DNA of 64,000 nt from the human T2T-CHM13v2.0 reference genome, Homo sapiens, in NCBI RefSeq assembly GCF_009914755.1, contig NC_060940.1, one strand, 5' to 3'. Shown here one piece after another: positions 39,190 through 55,063 of the stretch (position 1 is its first letter; each line of letters opens with the position of its first letter). Below the pieces are notes generated by a model. It ran no database searches and was not told the origin of the DNA. It was given only the letters and a program-made list of their open reading frames with translations. The position numbers were made by a program, and so were the translations under genes.

Positions 39190-39415
39190 GAGGCATACGG
39201 AGGTAAGAACAAGAATCTGAAGACTGTGTGTTACAGCCCTAATTCTGGTACTATTAGAATGACTATAGGCAAGACATTTAACCCCTATATGCTTTAAATT
39301 TCATCATCTATAATATGGAATCCTTATGGGCCGTACAATTTTTTTGGTGGAGGGAAACACAGGGTGGCTAATTAGCATGTTGTCTGATATGTGGCAGAGG
39401 CTAATTAAGTGTTGG
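39190..39415 (+). mobile_element. MIR
   Basis: gactataggcaagacatttaacccctatatgctttaaatttcatcatctataatatgg. Confidence 0.65.
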
Positions 39416-39440
39416 CTTTTATTTTTATGTCTTAGATTTT

Positions 39441-39764
39441 ATTTTATTTATTTATTTATTTTATTTTATTTTTTGAGACAGAGTCTTGCCCTGTCACTCA
39501 GGCTGAAGCACAGTGGCGCAATCTCAGCTCACTGCAAGCCCCGCCTCCTGGGTTCATGCCATTCTCCTGCCTCAGCCTCCTGAGTAGCTGGGATTACAGG
39601 CGGCAGCCACCACGCCCAGCTCATTTTTTTTTGTTTTTGTATTGTTTGTAGAGACGAGGTTTCACCGTCTTAGCCAGGATGGTCTCAATCTCCTGACCTC
39701 GTGATCTGCCTGCCTCAGCCTCCCAAAGTGCTGGGATTACAGGCGTGAGCCACTGCGCCCGGCC
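39441..39764 (-). mobile_element. AluY
   Basis: Y diagnostics ctgcaagc, ttcatgccattctcc, ttagccaggatggtctcaatctcctgacctcgtgatc; TSD tgtc(t/c)tagatttta. Confidence 0.92.
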
Positions 39765-40099
39765 GTGTCCTAGATTTTAGACGAAGGGCTTTATGAATAC
39801 CATTGAATTTGATCAATACGATGAACTAAGGCTAATGTCATACTCATTTTATAGATGGGGAAATTTGGCTTCAAGACATTATTTTAACTTGCCCAGTTTT
39901 ACACAGATAATCTATGACTAAGACAGGTTTTCTTCTATATGAGTGCAATGCAAGCTCTTACCCACACCACCATATATGCTCTTTGAAAAATCAGACAAAG
40001 CAAGGAGAAAAGTCAGGATAATGTCTTTGTTGGAAACGCAGACTTGGACAATTAAAGGATGTTGGCATTTAAAAAGTGAGGGGGCCTGGGGTGCTTAGA

Positions 40100-40391
40100 G
40101 GCCAGGCACAGTGGCTCATGCCTGCAATCCTAGAACTTTAGGAGGCCAAGGCAGGAGGAGAGCTTGAGGCCAGAAGATTGAGACCAGCCTGGGCAATATA
40201 GAAAGACCCTGTCTCTACAGGAAAAACTAAAACAAAAACAAAACACTGAACAACTTAACTTGGCATGGAGGTGCGCACCTGTAGTTGTGGCTTGACTTTT
40301 CAAGCTAGAGGTCAGAGTGAGCTATGGTCACACCACTGCACTCCAGCCTGGGCAACAGAGCAAGACCCTTATCCCTCCCCTCCCCAAAAAA
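40100..40391 (+). mobile_element. AluJ with a partly deleted right arm
   Basis: ggccaggcacagtggctcatg...gcttgaggccag...cactccagcctgggcaacagagcaagacc. Confidence 0.88.
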
Positions 40392-41824
40392 GGAGGGCTT
40401 ATAATCTTATAATTGTGCCTGAAAAACAGTAGGTGGGGCTTGCTAATCTGTATCTAAGGTCCCACTCTGTTTGATGTGGTTGATAATGTAATCATGATTG
40501 AAGCTAAGATTTAGCTGATATTGAAGAGAGTTGACAAGAAAATAACCCCTCTTTCTAACAGGGCATATTGCCTTCTCTATGTAAGATTTTAATATATACT
40601 TAAAAAGGGCATAACCCAAATATCTTTTTTTCTACTCAAGAATCTAAATTAGCCTAGGTTCCTGAGACCAAGGGAAGACCCAAAAGAGAAAAACTGGTTA
40701 GTCTATGTGGGTGTTTTAAAAAGTCTGCTGTGAAAGTTCAGAAAACCAAATGACTAATTCAGACTGGGTACAGCTAGAAAGATGATCATGCAAGATTAGT
40801 CTTACCTTGAGGCTGTAAAAAGATGTGTAAGCTATTATCCTCCCATAATGAGTGTTTTATTGATAGTAGATTTTAACCCCCTTTGCTCAATTACCTTTTA
40901 TTTTACTTTCTTCAAACCCTCCATTCTCTAGGTGGCCATCTATTCAGTTATCTGCTCCAAAAACAAGTCATTAAACATATCTAGCAGTAAACAGCAAATA
41001 TACTGAAACTAGCCTATCTTACAAGGAGTACATATTCAGCAGGTTAAGATGAGTTAATGGGATTTCTTAAATCTTGAGAGGGGGTTTCCTTCAGCTGTGG
41101 TAATTAACATGTTTGAAAACTAGAATTAATAAATAATCATAGCAAGTTCAACTTCAATTACCATTACAAATGTTTGTATTTATTTTTGCAAAACAATTGA
41201 CATCTAATTAGCATGTTAAAAGCTACTTGTGTTCACATATTAATCAGACAGCTTCTAAAAATCTTAAGAGTTATTTATTAAGGATAAGCCAGACATATGC
41301 ATAACCATAATTAACTCATAACACTACATGATCTACTACTCAAATAACTGTTAGAACTATGACCATAGACTCACCTGTTTATTCATTCAAAAATATGATA
41401 CAGCAGAAGCCCTAAAATACACTAAGATTATTACAGCTAAGTGATGTGTGTCTCCTCTATCTTACTCCAGAACGCTAAAACTTATAGGTACCAGAGGATA
41501 TATATATATCCTACTAAACAAAACTAGCTTTGCTTATAAAGCTTCTTCCAAATTTTAGTGCCCCTATAATGGTTTGATCATGTTTTATTACTTCTTATTG
41601 CATTGTATGATAATATTTGTTTACAAGTTAAACATTCCCATGTATTGCGAACTTCCAAAAAATGATATTGAAGTCTTTTATTTTGTATTCCCAGTTCATG
41701 ACATGATTGTTTAGAAAATAACAGACATCTACAAAGTCTATAAAACAGGATGGAACATCTACTGGTGTGATCTGTTCTTAAACTGTGCACTTTAAGTCTT
41801 TTTGAAGAAAGTTAACTCATGGAA

Positions 41825-42008
41825 AAGTTCAGGCTTTGACATTAGACAGACCTAGAATGAGAAGCATGCCTCGGCCCTGCTCTACCTAACGTGAGCTAAT
41901 CATGTAACCTCTGAACCTCAGATACCTCATCTGTAAAGGAGGAATTATATTCCTTACGTCAGAGTGGTGGCAAGTATTTCATGAGATAAATATAAATTCC
42001 ACCCGCTA
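41825..42008 (+). mobile_element. MIR
   Basis: aggctttgacattagacagacct...taacctctgaacctcagatacctcatctgtaaa. Confidence 0.7.
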
Positions 42009-42804
42009 TGAACATTAAGAGACCTCTTTCCTGCAACTCATACATCAGCTATAAAAGGCTTCCCTTTCATCCTTAGCCCAGTTTGTGGCATGAAGTGAGC
42101 CCTTGGAATGTATAATTTTCCTTTGTCTCTTTTAAATGTAGAAATATGATAAACTTCAGAAATGAGATTGCATTTGCAGAAAATCCACACTGGTCCCAAG
42201 AACTCATTCCATTGCACAGCACTTGTTCAGCCTCTGATAGAAGGAAATGTAAATGTGGAGCCATTCTTATCTTTGCCTGGAAGTTTCCAATTGCATGGCT
42301 CTGGAGAGCAGTCTCACTGACTCAACGAATGTGGCTTGGCCCAGTTTGCATGCAACTTTGAGATGTTCCTTGGATTTCAGTAGTTCTGTCCTGCTCTCTC
42401 TGTCCCAGGGTATAATGTGTTTTCCCTGACTCAAACCTTCCTTGTTTGGAAGGCAGTAAAATAGTCTGAAAAGCAGTTTTTCTGTTTTTGTTTTTTTAAT
42501 CAAATGGAAGAAAGTGGAACAGAGCCAGCTCTTGAAATGAAATATAAAAGCAAGCCAAGTGAAAATGCTAATATTTCAATTGCTACCCTGGGTACAGAAA
42601 CTCAGAAGTGTTAACAAAGAAATCTGAGTTCATAGCTCAAGGAGCCCTTACTTCTATATAGCTTAGAATAGACATTGCCTTTGATAGCATGTTGAGAGAG
42701 AAGTCAGTCTACCCGGTTAGGTCATCTCTTGTGACTGGGACCTCAGTATCTCATTTTTCAGTGCCTCCATCATTGATTTGTTTGTTTGTTTGTGCTTTGT
42801 TTGT

Positions 42805-43165
42805 ATGTTCAGCAGCAGCTTTTAAAATGTCTACCAATGATGCCCCATTTCAGGTATCTCGGCCCTTTTTATCCCCTCCCCTTTAGTCTAGGCTGGAACT
42901 AATGATTTGCTTCTAACGAACAAAATTTAGCAAAAGGAATGGGATATAACTTATGAGATTAGGTTATAAAAAAAGTCTGGTTTCTGTTTTGTTCAGCATC
43001 TCTTGCTTTCACATTTGTTCATTCTGATGGAAGGCAGCTGCCATTTTGTGAGCTGTTCTATGGAGAGGCCCACGTGGTTAGGAAATGGGGGACGCATCCA
43101 GCCAACCACCAGAGAAAAACTGCAGTCGTCTGTCCACTCACCCCAAAGAAACTAAATCTGAACAA
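42805..43165 (+). mobile_element. MLT1E/F-type MaLR LTR (5' part)
   Basis: gatttgcttctaac...gagattaggttataaaa...gcagctgccattttgtgagctgttctatggagaggcccacgtgg. Confidence 0.7.
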
Positions 43166-44040
<875 letters not shown>

Positions 44041-44049
44041 AAGTCAGTT

Positions 44050-44825
44050 TTATTTTCAAAGTTTTTGCAGAAGTAATCAGAACGGTTTCCTGTGTGTAGT
44101 ACCCTGTGGCCTACCTGGGAACTTTAGAGTGGTCTATCCTGTTGGTCATTTTTTAAAGGCTAATGAATACTGCTTAGGGTCAGAATCATGCAAGAAGGGC
44201 TCATAGGTGATCCCAGAAGTTCATAAACAAATATATGATGTCTCCTTTTTGAATTCCTCTCTCTTCATCTCTTCTATACTTTACAGCTCCCTGAGATTCC
44301 TTTTGAGAATTTTCACCCAGAAAGCTGGGGCTTTATTTACACTGTTCTGCCACGCACTTCCTATAAACGCACCTACATCTGGGGCCAAGTGGTAGAAAAA
44401 GAGAGAAAGGAAAAATAATCAGGAAGTTTATTTTATCCTCTTGAGACCCATGGTTTTCCCTCCAGTGTTCAGTGCCTATGGGCTATCCTGGCCTGAGGAA
44501 CAATAGAATGAAGAAAAGAAAAATAATAGAAAAGAGAAGATTTTTTCTACTACCTAGGAATGTTAAGAGACCTCTTTCCTGCATCTCCTGCATGAACTAT
44601 AAGCTTGTCTTTCAGCCCTCACTGCTAGGGCTATAGCCCAATTTCTGTTTTGGCATTGCCTTGAGTATAGGCTGGGAGACACTAAAAGGGGAGAAAAAAG
44701 ATAATTCCAATGGTACTTAAATTCTTGTTTTCTTCCTCAATCTGCCTGTTGCCCTCTATTTAGAGTCCTCAAATAGCTGCTACATTTATTCTGTTCAGGT
44801 TTTACAACACATTCAGTGGGGAAAA
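44050..44825 (-). mobile_element. Probable ancient L1M 5'-region fragment
   Basis: aatctgcctg...agagtcctcaaatagctgc...ttctgttcaggtttt...attcagtggg resembles remembered L1M 5' ends. Confidence 0.45.
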
Positions 44826-47332
44826 GAAAAATACGTTTTTCCCTAAAATTTAAACGTGTCTCAGAATTGGAGTATTTCCTAATATTTTTATAGGTTTTGT
44901 TTCGTGTTAAAATAAAGAAATTCCTAGTACCACTCAGAAAATACCGTTACCTATTTCATGGTACACATTTTTTTAAATGAATATATGTTCTACTTCTAGG
45001 GGAAATGTATTTTAAAAATCCGTGATATGCACTATTGCGGAACGACTTAAGAGTAGTGTAAATATTCTCACGATGTAAAAGTGCATTGTACTGTCTGATA
45101 AATACGATAGGTTTTGCTGGCCTATGTCTTTGGAGGATCTCACTAGAACATTTGGAACTAAAAATGGAAAAAATGTGTCACAAAACTTTTGATGATTATT
45201 TGTTATTTTGAGATTTATGATCTAGGATTTTTGACTCATAAGAGGTCTAGCTCACCCACTGAACTGCAGTTAGTTGTCAGTACTGAGGCACCAAGCTTTA
45301 ACTCAACAACAATATTCACCAGATGCTTGGGGTATAAAAAAGAAAAGTCATCAAAATCAATATGAGTCTATTTTTATAGAGAACTGTACTTCATAAATAG
45401 CACTCCCTTCATCTTACAAGTTCAGAGCACAGAAGTTTCTTCTTTTTGGAGTTGGTCAAAAGTCTCTCTTGCTTTCATTTTCTTTCTATCTCGCTTTCTT
45501 TCTCCCCTATCTCTTTTTCTTTCCATTCCTCAAATTTAAAATTCAATTTGTTAAAGGTTTATGTGGATTGATGCAATTATTTAAGAGCCATGGACTAAAA
45601 ATCATACTGTGAAATTTCAATATATCAAGAAATAAGATATGTTTCTAATATTTTTCTTCCAAGGAAAGGATTAAATTTGAGACAGAGTTCAGGGTAAAGT
45701 AGGGTGTAGAGAATGGGGTGGTCAGCTCTCACTCACAAAGTCAGAGAATTTGCCTTTGCCAAATCTAGTAAGGTTTGGATATCCTGTCACTTGCAATCCT
45801 TGGGTTTCCATTTACACAGAAATCTTCATAGAGGAAGTAATCTGACCTGTATCCTGGGGGAACTGTAGAAGATATCTAGCTTTGGGGCATTGCCTGGAGT
45901 GAAAACAATATGTGCGAAGGCAATAAAGCACTTTTCAGAAAGTACCATATATTATATATACACGCACACACATATATATATGTATATATGCATATATAAA
46001 CATGCTAATTCAAATACTAGAAATGGTGAGCAGTAATGGAAAGAAAGTTAAGTTGAAGTTAATCTAATCAAAAGGGACCCATTTTAGAATTTTGCTGCAA
46101 AAGGCAGGGACTCATCATTATATCCTTTTATGTGTGTGTTTTGAGGGGGACATGAGTGTGCATTTTTATTTTAGAAAGTGGAAATAATGGGTTGGATGGA
46201 GACAATCAAGACATAGAAGAAATAGTTTTATCAGTTGGTAGATTATGACAGTAGTTTAGAAAGAGAAAATGATCCCAAATGAATAAGGTCATCAGTTAAA
46301 TTTTTTTAAATTATTTAAATTTAAATTTCAAATTCTCTGTAATATAATTTATTTAATTTTTTTATATATTTCTATTTTATAATGCACAATATGACTTTAG
46401 ATGTAAAGATTATAAAAATTTAAGTTTTTCTACATTTATATTCACTTTGAGGAATTTTTAGGTGTATTTTTATATAAAAATATCAGAAAAGCTGTAATGG
46501 AGCAAGTGGCTTTAACCCACTGAGTTTCTGTTACTGTGTTTCTCCAGTAGGGATAATAATATCCACCCATCTGGACACTGGGAGTGATGTCAGTGTTGTT
46601 TAGTTGGGATTGGAGCTTATTTATTTCTGGGATTTGCTTACAAGGGATCACAGCAAGAAATGGAAACAAAAATACATGATTCATATTCTTAAAGAGATTC
46701 AAGACTGATCCATAGAAACAACACGAGGACCATGTTCAAACAGAGAAAGTAAAAACAATAAATGAAACCAGGGACTAGCTGTTCAGTTAAATGCAGTAGG
46801 AACAAGCGCTAAAACAAGACAGGTATTGCCCTGGGAATTGCTATTGACTTTTGTTTGTGTTCCTAGGATATCAAAATGTAAGACTTGTCAATTATTTGTA
46901 TCAGCAGGCTGGTAAAGACACATATGTTTTAGGTTGATTTAGAAGTATAGATATTAAGAGAAAAGCATTAATTATTTATAAACACTTGGAAAGAAAAGAT
47001 TAAAATTATCTTTTGTTTTGATGGTGATTTGACTGTTTACCTAGAGAATTTAAAATACTATATTAGAATTAATACAATATTTAGGAAGGTTAATGGAGAA
47101 AACATACATTTAACAATAGTTTTCCTCTGTTTCAACAATGTACTTCTAGAAATCATAATTGATTTCTTCATTTATCAAAGAATTACTAGTCATTAACCTG
47201 CATTTGTCCCACTTGTTGGTGGATAGGTATAAATAAATATACAAAAGAAACCTTATTGAGTACAATTCTAGATAGGATAGGTAAAATATAATCAGTAAAC
47301 CCAAGAGATAAATACAATTGTATGGTAGCTAC

Positions 47333-48907
47333 TGATGGCAGCAGTGGCCCATCTGGAATAGCTGTTGCCAGGATGCTGGCTTCAATGGGGGAGGTGCAGC
47401 AGGGGTTGGACTTTGTGGGGCTCCTGGGAGCTGAGAACAGGCAGGAGCCTCTCCCCTTACCGTCAGGGGGAGCCCCGCCCTCCCAGGCACAGCTGCAGCT
47501 GCCCAGCCATGGCTTCGGACCTGGGCATCCCTGCACTCTTGGGGGCTCAGGAAGCCCTCTGTCCCCACAGGCTCAGAATTGCCTGCTCCCACTCCCTGGC
47601 CTCTCCCTCATGCTGGCACCTGCTCTGATTTTGGAGGAAAGTTGAGCTGAGCCCAAGCACTGTAGTGACCTGGCTGGGAGTGTGTGCACTCAGGGCAGTG
47701 CTGACACGCTATTCCCCCAGTTGCCTTGGCCCCCTCCAGACTTTGGACACTGAGGAGTCCAGGAGGGAGGCCAGGGGTGGGCTGAGGGCAGCTCAGTGTG
47801 GGCCTGCAGGTGCCCCTCAGCATGAACATCCTGGGTGCTGTGGACAGCATGTTGAAGATGGGAGGCAGACAGACTCCTGAGCAGAAAGGGTTAGGTCCCA
47901 GGTGAGACCCCACATTCAAGCCAGGATGGCCTGAAGCGTGGGGGCTCAGCTGCCAGCTCCAGGTGGAGTCCTTGGCCCAGAGTGAGAACTTATGGTGCTT
48001 TTTCCAGGCCCACCCATGGCTATCCTTGGACCAATCAGCACTCACTTCCTCCATTCTGAGCCCATAAAAACCCTGGACTCAGCCAGACTTGTACAGATGT
48101 CAGGACTACCAGTTGTGGAAAGGAATTATCCACTGCAGTTCTCCTCTCTGCTGAGAGCTGGACACTGCTGAGAGTTGGACACTCATTGGGATGACCTGCT
48201 TGTGGAAAGGAGCTACCCATTTCGGGTCTCCTGAGATCTGTTCTGTCACTCAATGAAGCTGCTCTTCACCTTACTCACCCTCCAGTTTTCTGCCTCTCTC
48301 ATTCTTCCTGGATACAGGACAAGAACTCTGGAGCCTCTGAATGGCAGGACTGAAAGAGCTGTAACATAAACAGGGCTGAAACACGCCCTCCACTCACTGT
48401 GTTGCTTGTGATAAGAAGGAGAGAAGCACTGCAACCTTTCAGTAAGCCCAGACCTAGGGTCTCCCTGAGCCAGAGTAGTGACATCCTCTTTGGGGCTTGC
48501 AGTTCCTGGCATCTCCAGGCTTCTGGGTTTCACTGCTTTTTCCTCTCCAGACATGGGTGCCCACAGTTTAAGCCATGTGTGGTACATGTGGTCCAGCTGC
48601 AGCCTTGCACAGAGCCCACACCTGTGTCGGTGCCTGGAGCTGCCCGCCCTGCTGCACTGTCAGCATGCCCAGCTATGCACAGTGGCCAGATCCCATGCTC
48701 ACTTACTCACACACCCCTTGCTGTTCTGCACCTGGCTTGCCCTTGGCAGGTGTGGGGTCCAGGCTGGTAAAGTGAGTCAAGTGCTGCCTGCCAGGCCAAG
48801 TGGGGAGAATGAGCTCAGCTCTGAGTATGAGAAATACTCAGGCAGAAGGCGCCACCAGCCACAGAGGTTTCCAGCTGGCGAAGTGACACCCCAGGGATCC
48901 TGTGACA
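47333..48907 (+). mobile_element. MER52A/C (ERV1) full-length solo LTR
   Basis: Termini tgatggcagcagtggcccatctgg...ggatcctgtgaca; perfect 4-bp TSD ctac/ctac; CCAAT at 48031 and cataaaaa at 48063 retained. Confidence 0.9.
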
Positions 48908-49640
48908 CTACAAGTTGAAAAGTATGTTTGAGTACAAATTTAAGCAAGGGAGCAGAAAATTGGGAGTGCAAAAGGGATGCAGTTCTAAATTGAGAGATTA
49001 TATTCTCAAGCTACATAATAAAATTGATATGACATTGATATGGAGATTGACAAAATATTTGGTGAAAAAAAACTAGAATGTTTCCAGAACTGGACCACAA
49101 TATGTATCATAATTTAATGTATAGTAGAGATGTTACTTTAATTCAGTGGAATGAGACATGTCCTGTTTATGAAATCAAGCTGGAACAACCTTTATCCATT
49201 TGAAAGTAAATAAAAGGGGACTACTCTCTCACACTAAGCAGAAAAATATAACTCATTTAGAAGAAAACCTAGATGTAAAAATAATGGTAATAAAAAAGAT
49301 ATCAAAACTCTCTTGTGAAAAACTAGAAAGTGAATACATCTTTCATTAAATGCATAGTTATTGAATCCTGTTAGGTATAATTCTAGGTGCTTGAGGCATT
49401 ACAATTAAATGAAACATGGATCTCCATGTTGAATAAATAGGAGACAATAACTAGCAAGCAAAATAAATAATTATACAATCTATTTTGCCAGGAAATAACA
49501 AGGGCTGTGGAAAAAAGTATAACTAAAGTGAAACTGGGAAAGAGAGATTGTGAATGCTGGGGCCAAAGAGGGTAAAGAGTAGGCCAGATTATGATTCTTT
49601 GTAATACCATAAAATAGGACTCATTGAAAATGTGTCATTT

Positions 49641-49987
<347 letters not shown>

Positions 49988-52331
49988 TCAGGCAGATGCC
50001 TTAGAACACAGAGGTCTAAGCAGAGTCAGGAGCTGGTGTAAAGGTTCTAAGGTGTGTGTGTGTACACAGAAGAGCATAGTCAGTATGTGGCTTCAAGAAC
50101 TGGAGGGATATTAAGAGGTAAAATGGAATCAGGTCATATAGAGCATTGTAGGCTGTTTTAATAACTTCTCATATAACCATTCTTTATATGCAAAAACTCA
50201 AAGTTGAGCCCCATTTGACAAGATAGAAATTAGAAATCCTTTTGAGTTATAATACCATAAAAAGAAAATACACAAACCATAGATTTGAAAAATTGTAATT
50301 GCCATACCTAAGATATACTACATTTTTAATTTGCATAAAATAGAAAAATGAGTTAAATGTGTTGAAGGCAGTGCACAAAGAACAAATCCAACAGTTCAAC
50401 AGACATACGAGAGTTTATCTACCTTTATGGTAGTGAAGTCAATGAAAATTAAAATAACAGTGACTTTTGAAATACCTATGAGAGTGGCATAAATTAAGAA
50501 GAAAAGAACTATAATTCCAATTACTGGCTAAAATGCAAGGATATACTTTGCTAATGGAAATATCAATTTGTCTATTTCTAAAGCAATCTGCAAATATCTA
50601 GTAACATTAGTGACATTGAAAGTACAATTTTAAGTGATTGCTTTTATACCTTTGTAAGCCTTTTAATAGAAATCATTTTAAATATTGATTTAAAAATCTT
50701 TAGACAAAAAAATCTTGATGGACTACAAAACCTGATTGTGTGTATGCAAAAGAATGCACGTGTGCACATATACTCACACAGGTGTTTTTTGTATGGACTT
50801 AAAATTTGGAGAAAGAAATGCTCAGTAATTCTGGCTTTGGTACTACCACCCTGTTTTAATTGTAAATTTGTCATATTTGTTTTATATATTATTATGTACA
50901 TATAATTATTTATACATATATATATTCCAAACAAGTATTTTATTTTGCATAACAATTCAAGCTTACAAAAATAGACTTAATAATTTTTGTTTAATGTCAA
51001 TATTCTTATGGTATAATGTGGAAACTGAGGCCCCAATAAATATACAAATTTACATAGCGAATAACAAAGCCAGATGTAGCTAACATTCTCTCCCTGCCAC
51101 CCCCATCCCCCTTACTTTCTTTCTCTCTCTTAACCATGCCAGTGTTCTCTAGACAAAAGGGCGTGAGAACCTTGAATTAGATGCTTCCACGTACAAAGCT
51201 TGATTGTCTTCTCTGAGTCCTGTCAGGATTTTTGCTATTATTTTCCAGCATCTCCCAAACTTTTTGAAGTTTATGTTTGAAATTAAGTAGCATGCAAAAG
51301 TTCTCTGGACTGGGGACAAATTTCTTCTTTGATTATTGTGCCATATTCCCCATTATAGGAAGGTCAGAAGGAAACATCTGGCCAGCAAATTGCCATGGAG
51401 TAGAATTGAAGAATTACTGGGAAATTCATGCAATTCCATGGACAAGTGACAAACGATTCCGAAGGCATTGATGCCAAAACATTCACAACAGAAAAGAGAA
51501 AATAAAGAGCGTTTTGTCCTAAGAATTAAAAAGAAAAGACAAATATAAATGTCAACCAAGGGCCATAGATGTTCTAAATTTTATTCCAAGTGGAAAACAG
51601 CAAGTCTTCCAACTTTGTGAAACACTTTCTTTAGGCAATAAAGATTACGTTTGTTTACATCTGGCATTTTAATCATCCTCATCTAGATTGTCTAGATTTA
51701 TATCAATTAAATAGCCAAGACCAAGAAAAAAGGGTAACTTGCCCAAGTCACCCAGTTAATTATCAGCAATGTCAGACTAGATGTGCATTTTCTGACATTA
51801 TCTTCCCCATCCTCTTCCTCATAGAGTATCTTGGGGTGAGATATTGAATGAATGTAGAAAACAGATAATTCATACTTAGAGGAACAAAGAAGAAAATTAG
51901 TTTTCAAAAACATGTAACTAATATAACTGCACAGAAGACATTCTCTGCAATACTGATATTACCTTTTATGTAATTTTTTTGGGCATAGATAAAGAGTATG
52001 TGCTACACACCACAATTGGCAAATAGTTTCTTGAGGGTGATACGTGATTCAGCTCTTAGCATCTTCTTTTCTGTGTCTTTTTGGCCCAGAACTATAATGT
52101 GTTTTTCACTTCATTTTGAGTACCTTGAGTTCATCGAGTTTTTCATTATTATTATATTTGGTCCTTGGGCCACTTAATATGATCACAAAGCAGGTATGAA
52201 TAAGTGTTGAACAAGTAAATTGATAGATGAATATATTCCTGGCTTGTAAGTGGAAAATACTTCCACTTGTTGACATGTGGCCTTAGGAAGTTGTTAGTGA
52301 TTCCCAAGCCCTTAATCATGAAAATCCCTTG

Positions 52332-52674
52332 TGTGTTCGTCCATTTTCATGCTGCTCATAAAGACATATCTGAGACTGGGCAATTTACAAAAGAAAGAGG
52401 TTTGTTGGACTTAAAGTTCCACATGGCTGGGGAAGCCTCACAATCACGGTGGAAGGTAAAAGGCACATCTTGCATGGCAGCAGACAAAAGAAGAGAGCTT
52501 GTGCAGGGAAATTCCCCTTTTAAGACAATCAGATCTCATTAGACTTATTCACAATCACGAGAACGGCATGGGAAAGACCTGCTCCCATGACTCAATTACC
52601 TCCCACCAGGTTCCTCCCACAACACATGGGAATTCAAAATGAGATTTGGGTGGGGACACAGTCAAATCATATCA
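52332..52674 (-). mobile_element. THE1A/B MaLR solo LTR
   Basis: gagactgggcaatttacaaaagaaagaggttt...gagatttgggtggggacacagtcaaatcatatca; TSD ccttg/cctgg. Confidence 0.92.
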
Positions 52675-53383
52675 CCTGGTTATTATACCTGTTTGTGTGT
52701 ATATGTGTGGGCACTGATGCTACCTCCCCACTGTTGTCACTCAGAATCATGTGTTGTCTATGACACTTTAGTGTTCGTGTGATATCAGTATGAGTTTGTC
52801 TTCTTGAACCAACTGATGATCTTTGATTGAAATATAACTTTGGGGAACCTACTGTAGGTCAGTTATTGTTCCAAGCACTAGAAATAAAATAGGCAAAGAC
52901 AACTTTTCTACTTGTGCAGAAAACTCACAGATGAGTTTAAGACAGAGATGCACAAAGAACTGGAGAGCATTAAGAAGAGCCTCTGAGTTGTGTTTGGAGG
53001 TGAGACCTGGAAGACGAATATAAATTCTGCGGACAAAAAAGTGTGGGTTTAGTGGTAGGCAAAAGAGTATTTGAATGGGGCTTGCTTTTTTTTCGGAGGA
53101 ATGGGTCTGCATGTGGGAAGGTAAATGAGAAGATCTGAGAGACCATACACATTCATGCATGTGAAATGTCTATGTTTATTTGGAATAATAGGAGAAGAAA
53201 GAGATTAAACCTGAATGTAAGGAGAAGATAAAATCTGAGACATTGAAGAAGAAAGGGATAAACACTGAGAGTAAGCAGAGCCACACCTTGTAAAACTTTG
53301 CCAACTGAATAACTTATACTTTATCAAGGGTTTTTGAAATTTATTGAACAGTTTTAAGAAGCGGGGATTATATTCAAGTTGGC

Positions 53384-53687
53384 TTTTTTTTTTTTTTTTT
53401 TTTTTGAGACTGTGTCTCACTCTGTCGCCAGGCTGGAGTGTGCAGTGGTGTGATCTCAGCTTACCGCAACTTCTGCCTCCCGGGTTCAAGCGATTTTCCT
53501 GCCTCAGCCCCCGGAGTAACTGGGACTACAGGTGCGCAATGCTACACCCAGCTAATTTTTGTATTTTTAGTAGACACGGGGTTTCACCTTGTTGGCCAGG
53601 ATGGTCTCGATTTCTTGACCTCGTGATTTGCCTGTCTCGGCCTACCAAAGTGCTGGGATTAACAGGTGTGAGCCACCGCGCACAGCC
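53384..53687 (-). mobile_element. AluSc
   Basis: tgtcgccagg deletion diagnostic; gacctcgtgat; TSD tcaagttg. Confidence 0.92.
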
Positions 53688-54090
53688 TCAAGTTGCTTTT
53701 AAAATTACTTGGTCTGCTCTGTGAAAAAAAAAATGGCTAGATGAGCAATGTTGAAAGGAGGACATATGTTTCTTCTTCTAAAAAGTAATGATAATTGTAA
53801 ACTGACTAGACTTATTAGAAATGGGTTTTACACCCTTTGGTGTAATGGGCTAGATTGGATTTGAAATGGAGCCAAACACAGAGTCCGGCACAAAGAATTC
53901 ATGTAATATACCTTAGTTTCTCTCTACCCATTTCTAATTTCCTTATTTGCTCTTGCCTTGTCAAAGATTTTTTTTTTTTAAGTGGACTATATGTTGCTTC
54001 TGTCGTGTCTGTTTTATCCATGCCTGAGAATAGTGGGGAATAAGTGTTGGTCTAACTAGAGCCAAATCGCCAGGAAGCACTGAGTCTTTA

Positions 54091-54597
<507 letters not shown>

Positions 54598-55063
54598 TCA
54601 TCCTCTCCCATATATTTACTTGGTATCTGTGATCTTCTTAATGAGAACCTGGGGTAAAGTCATAAGATCATAAGATACACATAAACCTCATATCAGCACC
54701 AGCATCCGTTCATCCATTTGCCGTTTTAGATGAAGGAGGTTTATTGTGCTGTATTTAGCTGGATGGAAAACTAGGAAAACTGTCAAAAGGACATTATAGA
54801 AAAAGAAAAAAATCTTTCAGTAAAACATGTTTCATTTCCATCATTTCAATTGCTTTGGAATTATGGGCTATTTCTTCAGGGACAGCAGCTTTAAGGCAAA
54901 TGGTTGAGTCTCTAAAAAACTACTGATCACTTTCCTAAATAAACTGTGGGACAATCTCTACAATAAGATACAATGCTTCAGTCATGTTCAAAGGAATGCC
55001 ACAACCACTGTCCACTTGACAATTCAGTCTTGAAGGTCAGACAAAACATCACACTTCTATGAA

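Noticed and set aside
47186-48971. ORFs up to 148 aa
   Set aside because: Essentially confined to the MER52 LTR; chance frames
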